From Mycobacterium leprae TN (GTDB lineage Bacteria; Actinomycetota; Actinomycetes; Mycobacteriales; Mycobacteriaceae): a stretch of DNA of 32,000 nt. The notes below the pieces were generated by a model. That model searched no databases. It saw nothing but the letters and a program-made list of their open reading frames with translations, and was not told the DNA's origin. Every line of letters begins with the position of its first letter. Position 1 is the stretch's first letter. The DNA lies in contig NC_002677.1 of NCBI RefSeq assembly GCF_000195855.1, positions 2,310,001 through 2,342,000 on the forward strand, given 5' to 3'. Shown here one piece after another: positions 1-12,198 of this stretch. The translations under genes and the position numbers were made by a program.

Positions 1-1502
<1,502 letters not shown>

Positions 1503-1557
1503 CTAGCCTGGCGTTCCCGACATTGGCAGCGGGCCGCAAGAGCCCCTCAATAAGGTC

Positions 1558-2061
1558 TCAGCTCGTCACCAAGACGATGACACCCGGCGGCTGGTTGGTG
1601 ATTGCAGCAATTCGCGGCTCAACAGGTGCTCCTAATTTCTGACCCACTGCGTCAGCGGTGGCGTACTCTCCCTCGGCATCCGAGTAGTACACCGTGGTGG
1701 CCGAGACGTCAGACACCACCAGGTTATCGACCTCGGTGACTTTGAAACCGGCGGTGGTGAGCTGGTCGCGAGTGCGCGCAGCGATACCCTCTTTCGAAGA
1801 GATATTGTACACGCGGACCTCCGCCTGGTTCGCCGCAGAGGTGCTGCTTGTCGAAGTGGCCGCCGGGGTGGTAGGGGTATTGGGCATGCTCGACATCGGC
1901 AACGCCGAGTAATCATCAGAGTTTCCGGATGAACCCAGAGCCTGCCACCCGAGCAGCAGGAAAATGACACCAAGAAACAACAGCACCATAACCATAGCCC
2001 GCAGGGGAAGACCCGAAGAATCGGGGACACACTTATTCACCAAGCCCACTGTATCCACCAA
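1558..2061 (-). CDS. Membrane-anchored protein with LytR_C-type C-terminal domain (Rv0431-like)
   Basis: 167-aa ORF: N-terminal transmembrane segment (VMVLLFLGVIFLLLGW), low-complexity Ser/Thr/Ala linker, then VRVYNISSKEGIAARTRDQLTTAGFKVTEVDN...VYYSDAEGEYATADAVGQKLG typical of LytR_C domains; position next to sodC. Confidence 0.85.
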   Translation of the reverse strand: MVDTVGLVNKCVPDSSGLPLRAMVMVLLFLGVIFLLLGWQALGSSGNSDDYSALPMSSMPNTPTTPAATSTSSTSAANQAEVRVYNISSKEGIAARTRDQLTTAGFKVTEVDNLVVSDVSATTVYYSDAEGEYATADAVGQKLGAPVEPRIAAITNQPPGVIVLVTS

Positions 2062-2091
2062 TAGGTTAAAACCTGCAAAACCACAGGGCTG

Positions 2092-2400
2092 TCAGGTTAC
2101 CTCGAAGCCGAGACGACGCGCTGCACGCGCCTTTTGACGGCTAGCTCGCAATCGGCGTAGCCGCTTCACTAGCATAGGGTCAACAGCAAGCGCCTCGGGG
2201 CGATCGACCAACGCATTGAGCACTTGATAGTAGCGCGTCGCTGACATTGAGAACAACTCTTTGATAGCTTCTTCCTTGACGCCGGCAAATTTCCACCACT
2301 GACGTTCGAACGCAAGGATGTCATGCTCGCGACGGGTGAGCCCATCGACGATCTCAACGTCGTCTCCCGCTCGATGTGCCCGCGCCATGGCGCCGTCCAT
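2092..2400 (-). CDS. Small conserved actinobacterial protein, DUF3263 family (Rv0430-like)
   Basis: 102-aa ORF: LTRREHDILAFERQWWKFAGVKEEAIKELFSMSATRYYQVLNALVDRPEALAVDPMLVKRLRRLRASRQKARAARRLG; conserved pattern and gene order. Confidence 0.85.
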   Translation of the reverse strand: MDGAMARAHRAGDDVEIVDGLTRREHDILAFERQWWKFAGVKEEAIKELFSMSATRYYQVLNALVDRPEALAVDPMLVKRLRRLRASRQKARAARRLGFEVT

Positions 2401-2614
2401 ATCGTTTCCCTGGACCTTTCCCGCGGATTCTCAAATTGCTTGATGACTCTTGACCCACATAAAGGCATGTCTCGGCGCACATTTAATCATGCCGGCAAGT
2501 ATTAGCACGTAACCCAGACCCGCGAGTCGGCCAACTTGCTTGGAATGTTCGAACAGATCGTCCGCCACCGCCGCTATGCGATTGCCATGGTCGGCGGGCT
2601 TAAGCTAGCCGACC

Positions 2615-3208
2615 ATGGCAATCGCACCCATTCGCATTGTGGGAGATCCAGTCTTACACACACCGACGGCACCGGTGCAAGTCGCCGCTGACGGTTCGCT
2701 ACCAGCGAACCTTAACGGATTGATCTCCACAATGTATGACACGATGGACGCCGCCCACGGGGTCGGCCTGGCCGCTAACCAGATCGGGTACGGACTACGG
2801 GTGTTCGTCTACGACTGCGCCGAGGACTGTAGACAGACCGCCCGCCGGCGCGGTGTGGTCATCAACCCGATCTTGGAAACTTCCGAGATACCCGAAACAA
2901 TGCCCGACCCGGATACCGACAACGAAGGTTGCTTATCGGTTCCGGGAGAGTCATTTCCTATAGGGCGTGCACAGTGGGCACGTGTTACTGGCCTCGACGC
3001 CGATGGCAACCCGGTTACTACCGAAGGCACCGGCCTGTTTGCACGGATGCTGCAACACGAAACCGGGCACCTGGACGGTTTTCTGTACCTGGACTATCTC
3101 ATTGGCCGACACGCTCGCAGCGCCAAGCGAGCCATCAAGTCACGCCACTGGGGCGTTCCCGGACTATCGTGGATGCCGGGCGAGGTGCCCGACCCATTCG
3201 GTCCCTAA
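2615..3208 (+). CDS. def: Peptide deformylase
   Basis: 197-aa ORF containing the three deformylase motifs [29 protein letters not shown]. Confidence 0.96.
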   Translation: MAIAPIRIVGDPVLHTPTAPVQVAADGSLPANLNGLISTMYDTMDAAHGVGLAANQIGYGLRVFVYDCAEDCRQTARRRGVVINPILETSEIPETMPDPDTDNEGCLSVPGESFPIGRAQWARVTGLDADGNPVTTEGTGLFARMLQHETGHLDGFLYLDYLIGRHARSAKRAIKSRHWGVPGLSWMPGEVPDPFGP

Positions 3209-3733
3209 TGGTCTCGTGACCGAACCCCGAAACCAGGGTAACGGGCCCGGTACCGTCCGTCCTGCCGGTGCGGTCCCATCGCTGACCGGTGCCGTAAGAC
3301 ACTTCCTGGCGATCGATCCAGTAGTGCGGATCGAGGGATCCAAGACAGGCGCGGTCGTCAAGTGCGCACCGGCTGAGGCGGCCGGCACTGAGAGTACTGA
3401 CCGACTCACCGGTACACACCGCACAGTTCCAGTGCCTTGGGCACGGAGCGGCCGCGAGTTGGCCGAGCGTCGAATAAACTTGGTCCGACGGCTGGCTGCT
3501 GCAGACCGGATACAGAGCCACATTTGACGCCAATTTAGCAATGCCACTAAACATTTTAGCTTATACTGCTGCGATTCCAGCAACTCTCAAGTGGTCCCGC
3601 AGCCGCGTCCAGACACCACTGCCAGCTATCCCCGATCGCTTGCTACCAGTGTCCGTCGACGTGTTCACGCAGTCATCCACTGCGAACTAGTGTTCGGCAC
3701 CCATCCAAGTGTTGCTGTCGCAGCGTAAAGCCT
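3209..3733 (+). pseudogene. Degenerate GNAT-family acetyltransferase (Rv0428c-like)
   Basis: In-frame stretch RPAGAVPSLTGAVRHFLAIDPVVRIEGSKTGAVVKCAP after def stop, no intact full-length ORF; position between def and xthA matches the M. tuberculosis order. Boundaries approximate. Confidence 0.65.
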
Positions 3734-4560
3734 ATGCTCGACACACCTGACGGCACCCTACGTCTGGCCACCTGTAACATAAATTCAGTTAGCACCCGTC
3801 TGGATCGCATCATCAGCTGGCTGATATGCGCCGACGTCGACGTAATGGCCATGCAGGAGACAAAGTGCTCCGATAGCCAGGTCCTCTCTTGCTGCTGTAC
3901 AAACTTGGCGACGAGAGCGCCCACATCGGCTGCAACCAGTGGAATCGCTTCGCGATAGCCTCTCGCATCATCCTCGATGACGTACAGATCGGTTTCGACG
4001 GCCAGCCCAGCTGAAGTAGCTAAACTAGAAGCGGACGTTACCACGGAAACTGGCAGCACTTGCGCCGGCGTGCGCGTGTTGAGTCTATATTTGTCTAACG
4101 GCCACACGCTAGACAACCCCCATCAGACCATACAAGCTAGATCGGGTTGCCACGTTCAATAATACAAAACGAAGACTGGCTACGCTACAATTCTGCCGCG
4201 CAGATCACAGCTGGTCGATGACTAGAATGTCGCTCCGACCGACAAAGCTATCTGGAGCACCGAAGTCTTTACCTGTTGCACCCAAATGTCTCCGAGCCGG
4301 AACGCAAAGCGTTTCAATGCCATCGTCGATACGCTATTCATCGACGTGGTATGAACCTCCATCGCAGTACCCGGCTTCTACAACTACTGGGACTACACCC
4401 GACTGCGGTTCCCCAAGAAGCGGAGTATGCATATCGACTTCATTATTCTTCCTAGCCAACGTTAGCTAGCCGGGTGACTGACGTGCAGATCGACCGCAAG
4501 GAGCGCAAGAGCAAGGCGCCCAGTAGACCACGACCGGTCCTCGTCGATCTAAAGCACTGA
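3734..4560 (+). pseudogene. xthA: Exodeoxyribonuclease III pseudogene
   Basis: N-terminus LRLATCNINSVSTRLDRIISWLICADVDVMAMQETKCSD, then frameshifts; C-terminal fragment YWDYTRLRFPKKRSMHIDFIIL read in another frame around 4380-4448. 3' boundary approximate. Confidence 0.87.
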
Positions 4561-4790
4561 CCTGACGCGTGTGCAACGCGGTTCGCCGAACGCAACGTTG
4601 ACCGCGCAGCAGGGTAGCCACCAAAAATTGCATCCAGCTGCTCGTTGTCTGCGCGTTTGCAACATGGCAGGCTTTCGATTGTCAGATGCGTATAACAATT
4701 TGCATTGTTGCTGTTCACTGTGCGTTCAACGGGCATACAACCGTTGCCACGGAGGTTTGCAACGAGAGCGACTGAGACCAGGGAGTGATC

Positions 4791-5234
4791 ATGAGCGTCG
4801 TAGGCGGGGCAGTCCGCGGCGTGGGTAGAGGTCTAGGTAAAGCGGTAAGTCGTGCGGCCATAGCAACCACAGCAGCCGCGGGCGCGGTGGGTGGTGCCGC
4901 GGTGAATAGCATTGTCGGCGGTGTAACGGGAGCCGCGGAGGGTGTTAAACGTGGAATCAGAACAGGCAGGCACTCGACATCAACAGCCGCGTTAGTCCTG
5001 GGCGCGCTTGGCGTTGCCGGATTGGTCGAGTGGCCTATACTGTTGGCTGTCGGCGGCGGTGCGTTGTTATTGAGCAAAATGCGCCCAATACCGGACCCGG
5101 CTGCACCGGAAGCAAAAGCTAAACTCAAGCCAGTACCCACCAACTCGACGCAACGCAAGAGTACCAGCAAACCGGCGGCCAAGAAAACGACTCGCCGCCG
5201 CACGGCCACCACTGAACTGCAGGGCACCAATTGA
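4791..5234 (+). CDS. Hypothetical membrane protein (Rv0426c-like)
   Basis: About 147-aa ORF (MSVVGGAVRGVGRGLGKAVSR...) with Ala/Gly-rich hydrophobic segments (LVLGALGVAGLVEWPILLAVGGGALLL) and basic Ser/Lys tail. Lies between xthA and ctpH relics as Rv0426c does; the start could be at 4785 instead. Confidence 0.7.
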   Translation: MSVVGGAVRGVGRGLGKAVSRAAIATTAAAGAVGGAAVNSIVGGVTGAAEGVKRGIRTGRHSTSTAALVLGALGVAGLVEWPILLAVGGGALLLSKMRPIPDPAAPEAKAKLKPVPTNSTQRKSTSKPAAKKTTRRRTATTELQGTN

Positions 5235-5249
5235 TCAGTACCTTCAACT

Positions 5250-8200
5250 AGAACTGAGTAACCGTTGAGCATTGGTGCATCGATACGACGGTCTTTGCCG
5301 GTGTGCCTTGTCGCAGCCGGTGTTCCAGGTAACCACCACGCTTGCCGATGACTCAATGACCACTGCGACAGCGGTCGTCGGAACGCTGGTGAAGTACCGC
5401 ACTCTACCAGAGATAATACTCTATCCGGCGCTGTTTCTTGGTGCGGCAAGAACCGTTCCTGGGTCAAAGTACGCAGCCTTAAACGACACTGGCAACGATG
5501 AACTCGGCCGGGTCGTGCTCCAAGTAGTGCAAGCCCAAACTGGTGTCACGTCGGCCAACTTGAACTATCTGCTGTCGTGTATCCTCGTCGGCATCGGCTA
5601 TCCCGCCATTTCAGCACGCCCTGTGCCGTGTGGTCGATAACGCCGAAAAGCACAGCCACCCAAGCTAAGATGCAAGAAATCCGCCGTCGCTTACGGCGAG
5701 CCTGCCTAGTAACAGCTTAGTATTGGCTGCCAGAGCCATTGACAATAGGCACCACCGCTGCCGAGTTAGGTGTCACACTCACCGGCCAAGCGTTACGCTG
5801 GCCGGGATTGCCGCTGAGTATCCTGGTGAACGGGGTCACCGTGGACTACCAACCCCGGATATACCCGATTGTTTGGAAACGGCGTCGGCCAGGACAATAC
5901 TGGGGTCTGGCCGTTGCCACCCCGGAAACTGTCACATTGCTATGGGCATCCTGGACGACGGATGCAGCTGATACAGACACTGTACGGTTTCCGAGGCGCC
6001 AGCTTGACGTCGCTCGACCATTTCAGCCGCCGGCACGTCCTGTGTCGTTACCTCGGAGCCCACTCGAACACACCGCCGATCGGCTCGCAGTCATACAAGC
6101 CTTCGTCGCCGAGTTGATTGACAAACCGCTACCGGCAAGGTCAAGTTGGCCGGCACAGCGGCGTTGGTGGCCATGCCCAAGGCCTGCTGGATGTCGCGTG
6201 CCGTAAGGCGTTCACCGCCACGCTGGGGCAAAGCTTAGCCTGGCCAGCACTCGGGACTGTATATCTTTTCATTCTGCCTAGGGGTCTAAATCGGCTGGAC
6301 CGGGTCTACGCGATCGTCGTCATAGATCCGCGGTGTTATACACCGATTCGTTACGAGTGGCGCACAGATCCGCGGTGTCGACGATGAACGGTCCACGGCC
6401 TGTAACGTGCCCAGATCATGCCAGCTAAAGATAGCCTTCGTCCGTCATCCGGGCTAACACCGGGTGCCCGGAGTATCAGCCAGCCGGATGCGGAAGTGTA
6501 GGCGCTGTTCCGCCCCAACCTCCAGCCGTTAGCCACTGCGGTGATCGCCGAGGCGCAGCGCGCTGAGGCAGAGTTGGTCTCCGCCGATGTCGACACGCTG
6601 GAAGAGCTGCGCGCAGCCTTCGACGACATCCGACCTCTCAATGACGAAGCAGACAGCTCCATCGACAAAGCCCCTCGCCAGCGTGGTAGCAACCCTGCAG
6701 CAGGCGGGCCGCACGGTGGCAGTGGTGTCCGTGACGGGCACCCAAGTGATGGCGTCAGCCGGACATGGCGTTGGGCGTGATGGCAACACTCAGATCGCAT
6801 TCGCGACCCTAGTGTAACCGACGTCACGCTGGCCAATCTAGCAGGCGTCTGGCGGATGCTGCACACACTTACAGCAACCCGTGCTGCAAGCCGGCGCGGA
6901 ATCAAGATATCCACCAACGCAACAGCTTTGAACTACAAATGATACTGGCGGGCGGCCACAACCGGAGGTCAGGAACCGTTGTCACGGTAACAGTGGCAGA
7001 TGTGTTGTCAAGGTACCTGCTAGCCCGTAAGGTGGTTGGCGCAGCCACTCCACACCCGGCACCTGTCTACGAGTAGCACACGATGTCAGTCGAACAGATC
7101 CGCAAGATGTGCTTCCGCTTGGTGGCCCGCACTCTTGCGACCGCAAAGCGTGGCGCGCAGTCGACCGAGCCGCCCAGGCATGCGAGTCTGACAATTCTTA
7201 AGAGCCGTCCGTGCAGAGTTGTCGGATCCGCTGACTCCCATTCTGGCCCTCGGCTCAGTGGCCAGCGCGATCGTGATGCTAGGTTCGCCGATAGACGCCG
7301 GTTATGGCCAGTTCGATCCTGACCCGGAAACTCTATTCTCGCGACCAGCTCAGCGGTTGCGCGCCAAAAGCCGGCTCAACCGCTGGGTTGGCTGCCCCAG
7401 ATGCCGCCGGCTAGAAAAGCCTGCAGGACCGGGTCCCTACTGGCCTAGCCGGTGTTACACCGATGTCATAGCCGAACAACTGTGCCCCGGGCGATGTCAT
7501 CGAAGTCTAGCCCCACGAGGTGATACCCACCGATGCCCGAACGATTCAAAGAGGTCGATGTCGAAGTAGATGAATCCTCGCTTACCGGCGCGACCAACTA
7601 GCTCGAAGCCACTCCGAGCACCAACCTGACCGAACATCGCTACATGTTGTTTCGGCGGTACCACCATGGTGGCGGGAACAGCTGGTCGCGGCGGTGACCG
7701 CGATCGGGACCGACACCCAGGAGCGACGCGCCGCCGAACTCCTATCAAACAATCTGTCCGACGTCGGCCTACACTACTATAACTATAACCCTATACCCGA
7801 TTCGGGTTCACCAGGGCTTACGCCAAGCCACAGCCAACGGCATCCCCGTTACGATAGCCAACGTCCCGGAAAGGATGCCCCCTGGTAGCTACGTTGACGA
7901 CGCAGGCATAGGCATATGAGTTTACCAATTCGGGCTTTAGTCCGTGTCCTACGTTCATTGGAGACGCTCGGCCATGTAGAACGTTGTTCTTGTTCCGGCC
8001 AAGACCGGAACGCTCAGAGAGAACCGTGTACGGGTGGCACAGATGCACCCAGCTACCGGGCTCGCATACAAGGAGGCACTGCGCTGTGCGGCCTACACCG
8101 CTCCGTCATCGAACGGCGCCCCGCAGATCCATGCCACCTACGTAGCTCACGTTTAGGCCGCTGCGATCGTCAGCACAGAACCCACCGCTCACCTTCCATT

Positions 8201-9350
8201 CCTTTCCGGCAGGTCGTTCTCTGCGTCCATGTCTGGCACCGAACTCACCGTCAAAGGTGCACCGGAAGTGGTGTTGGCCTTCTGCACGTACGCGGCATCG
8301 AACTCGCCAAACAACATGGAACACACGGTCGCCTAGCTGTCCGCCGGCGGCTTGCGAGTGATCACAGTGACGCGGCGTCCACTGAACCCGTAGCAGGTTC
8401 AATGTATCCGGGACGACCCGGCCGACATTACCGGTTTCTATAGCGACGGCTTGTCCTTAGTGGGGTTGCTCGAGCTATCCGATACCCCGCGCGCGGAATA
8501 GGCCAAACTACTTGAGGATCTTCATGAACACGAGCTAGATGTGCAGCTGGTCACCGGCGATCATCCAATCAATAACCGCGGGATACATCGCTTCAGAATT
8601 CGGCATGGCGGTGAACACCACCCAGATCATCAGCGGTGCCGAGTGGGACGCCTTGTCGCGCAAGGACAAAGAGCTTGCTGGGACTGAGCGAGTCATCTTC
8701 GCCCGGATGACACCAGAGCACAAGGTGCAGACCATGCAGAAGTTAGAACGCAGCGTGCGGGCGGGCGTGCGCGATGGTCGGCGACGGCTCCAACGCCGCC
8801 GTCGTTATCGGTGTTGTGAGGCAGCAATGCCGACGAGGTAGGGCGCCATCACTGGCAGCGCAATTACCGAAATATCGCCATTGAACACCCGACAGTTGCT
8901 GCTGGTGAACATGCTGACCGACACGCTGCACACTACCGTCTTCGCGGTCAGCAAGCCCAGCGACCCGGTAAGTCCCGACACCCGCGGCCCGGATCGACGC
9001 ACCCTCTGTCGTACTGTCGGCAGCCGCGGGACGACCACCGCGGCGTGAACCTTGGCCAGCTTCACCGGACTGCCGCTCCAGGCATCCACGGTAGCGCTGG
9101 CCGCCGGCCAGTTGGGTGCAAACGCTGCTGGACTCGGATACCGGGCTGGTTGTGCTGACCACTCTGGGATCGCTTGCGACGATGGGGACGTTGATCAGCA
9201 TTACCCCAATAAACCTGCTACTGAGCTACACCCCGCTGGGTTAGACGCAGGCTGCCAGGAACAGCCGCTAACGGCCACAGTTGCCATGGCTGTTCTAAAC
9301 AGTGTACTGCTGGATCCGGACAAATCATCCCCCACGAGACCCACGCCCAA
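5250..9350 (+). pseudogene. ctpH: Large P-type cation-transporting ATPase pseudogene, CtpH type
   Basis: Ordered fragments in shifting frames: SAFQRLRA-like segment RPAQRLRAKSRLNRWVG, YTDVIAEQLCPGDVIEV, VDESSLTGATN*, GTDTQERRAAELLSNNLSDVGL, ALVRVLRSLETLGHV, VVLVPAKTGTLRENRVRVAQMHPATGLAYKEALRCAAYTAPSSNG, GYIASEFGMAVNTTQIISGAEWDALSRKDKELAGTERVIFARMTPEHKVQTMQKLE, VGDGSNAAVV, LASFTGLPLQASTVALAAGQL. Many stops and frameshifts. The N-terminal portion (5250-7200) is assigned mainly by position. Confidence 0.85.
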
Positions 9351-12198
9351 TCGGTCTCGCACAATCTTCACCATTCCGATGCGCTACAGCAGCGCATAGA
9401 GTTGCAGCAACGACATCTCTAGCACACGACCCACCGACGAAACTACGGGGTCGACCAGGCCGTCCGTCTACAACATATGTGATACGTTAACCACACGATC
9501 AGGAGAGCCGTCAAATCTTCGTCACTGAAAAGCAAATGAATGGCGGAAAACAAGTTCTCGCCAAACGATATTCCCAGCGTCAAGCTATGAAAAAACCCGC
9601 GGAAAGCGAAACCTTCGCCGTGAACCTCCAGCTGCTGAGCCATACCGAGACACAGCAGCCCGAACAACTGGCCTACTACAGCGGCCTGGCCGCGCTGGCC
9701 GCACTCTAACTCGTCGACTGACCGGTCACCTTGATTATCGCTATCGGACACCTGTTGGCGAGCAACCACCACAACCAGATCCTCGAAGAACTTGGTGAGC
9801 CAATGGAAGAGCTCGAGTCAGCCCCTTACCGTCTCACCTACGTAAACCAGTCTGCGATGAAATGCGAAGGTGCGTCGTTGCCGCTTGACAACAAGCCACC
9901 AGGTGATAGTGGTGTCGTTGGTTCGTTGAGAACCGGACCTTCCCGACTGCCGCACTTCATAGACACATTACCGTTGTAACGTAAGCAAATTGTGCTGGTA
10001 TACCCGCCGGATCGTCCTCGTGGACATCACCCCTTCAGCGGTCAACGCCACGTTAGTAAAGCGTACCTGCAGTTATCCTCCGGCAAACGGGAATGACATC
10101 ATGCTGTGTTCCACACCGTATCGGGGCACCACACCGGTGCGCCCCGCACCCGAGGATGACATCCCAGGCAACCCAGCAGCCGTATCGCCGGCTTCTAATG
10201 CAGTAAACGGGGTACCCTCAAATGCCTTGACATTAATAACAGCCCTCAGTGCCCGCCAAGCGGACGGCACCGAAACATCTGTCCGACCGCACCCGTGCTT
10301 CAGAATAGAGGCGAACACCTCACCCCAGGCCTGCACACACTCCCGCGCCCACAAGGGCAATATTTTAACTCGGCGCCCCTCGAGAATATGTTTTGGTTGC
10401 GAAATCTTTGTATTGTATATACCGTCAAGATGCATTTAAGGACTAAAATAATCATCGAGTAAATTGGGCAACCCTTGCAATATCGACTCAAGCAGCAATT
10501 CCCAGATGCCTTGGAGCCTGGCCGGCGGTTTAGACAACCGCGGCGCTCTGAGCCGGACACACTGTCAGAGTTGGTGTTCTACTGCAGTGACACGAATGGC
10601 GTCAACCCCGGCGAAGCGTCTGCTTAGTCGGCTATCTCGGTGGTGTACCTGACTCGGATGGTGCCCTGAGCCCATATCCCCTCGTAAACGAGATCGGTGC
10701 TCGGGATCACCACGCGATGTTCTGGCCAAAAAAGTTCGTCGCTATCAGGAACACCAGCTGGACACGATTGGTCGTGATCACGACTAGGAGGCACCGTACA
10801 TAATGAACGCTGTTGTCTGTCGCCGTCACCTGGAGGGTCGTCACTTTACTTGGCCGACGGTTGCGGCCAGCCGTTGTACATAGGGAAGAACCTCAGCCGC
10901 CATCGACGCCGACTACGCATCCAACCACTGCGAGTTGGTAGCAAACCCGACACCACCGATGCATAGGTCTCAGCCATAAACTGCCACCGGCGGACAGCCC
11001 CTCTACAGATCACTGCGATGGTCCGCATTGAACCCGACCCCAGGCGTGCATGCAGCTGGAGTGCACCTCCGGCAACAAAGCCCCAAAATCCCATATCTCT
11101 TTATTCCCATGTTCACCGGTGTTCACTTGCACTACATGCGATCCGGTCGCGTGCGCCATGCGCACCAACTGCAATCAGTAGTGCGAACTGCAGCTAATAA
11201 CTGCCTGTTGTCCAACGCCCGTAACCAGGCAGAACCACCCAAAACATGCCCAACCGAGGACCGCAATGATGCACGATGCACACATCGGCCCACCCAAAGT
11301 CACATTCGGCCAACGCGAACAACAGCAACCTGGTCAGCGATGAAAGACTCGACTTAGGCAATCTCGCGCAGGCTACAACAAGTCCGCGATAGCCCGCTGC
11401 CCAGGCCAGCCATTGCCGAGTGTCAGAAGCCAGCAGACGTCTGGAACGAAGTCAAAGATCCGCATTGACCGACAAGTGCAGCGAGCCACAAGGAAACAGG
11501 CGCCCGATGATCTGATCAAGATGCTAAGCGAGTGCATTCAACGCAGGTACTGGGCGACAATCCACACAGCTGGCTGTTTCCCGGCAAATGTGAGCCAGTT
11601 GCATCGAGCTCGGTGTGGCAAGGCTCGCCTACAGGACAACGCCAGGGACCGTGTTTGCCAATCTGACCGGGTTGTTGCGCAACCACACAGTGCACGGTAG
11701 AACGGCCAGCCTTAGCGAGAAGTAGTTCAAAGTCTCGGTGCCCACGCCAACTCCAAAAGATACACGTTGATTGTGTCTTCAAAAACACAACAAAGTAGTA
11801 GCACGGCCAGCACCGAGGGTACTGCTTTAGTTTTGATTCCTCAGTGCAACAGATGCCCCTACCGATCAATAAGTCACGATATGGTTAATCCTACCGTGCG
11901 TCAACTTCCTGCCGTTCCAGGCTGGTTGCCGATGTAGCTATGCGGATTGAAATGGCGCGTAAGGTAACCCGATATTGGTATTGTATATTCAAATACTACA
12001 CCCAAGCCAGCCGAACAACATGTCGTAGAAAGTGATGCGGTGCCCCTAGTCATGCAATCCTGCAAACTCAATGTGACTAAACACCACACCACAGCATTTT
12101 TCCTTTCCAGGTTTAAATCTACTACGTTATAAGTAGTAGATAGAGATGGCGGTCTAGGTAAATCCCAGTTAGTTCCTTCGGACTAAATTTTTTGACGT

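Noticed and set aside
6351-6917. 188-aa minus ORF as an independent gene
   Set aside because: It lies within the decayed ctpH region on the opposite strand, is Arg/Ser-rich and has no recognisable family.
9990-10439. Paired opposite-strand ORFs (9990..10439 + and 10073..10435 -)
   Set aside because: They overlap almost completely on opposite strands and neither resembles a known protein; treated as chance ORFs in non-coding DNA.
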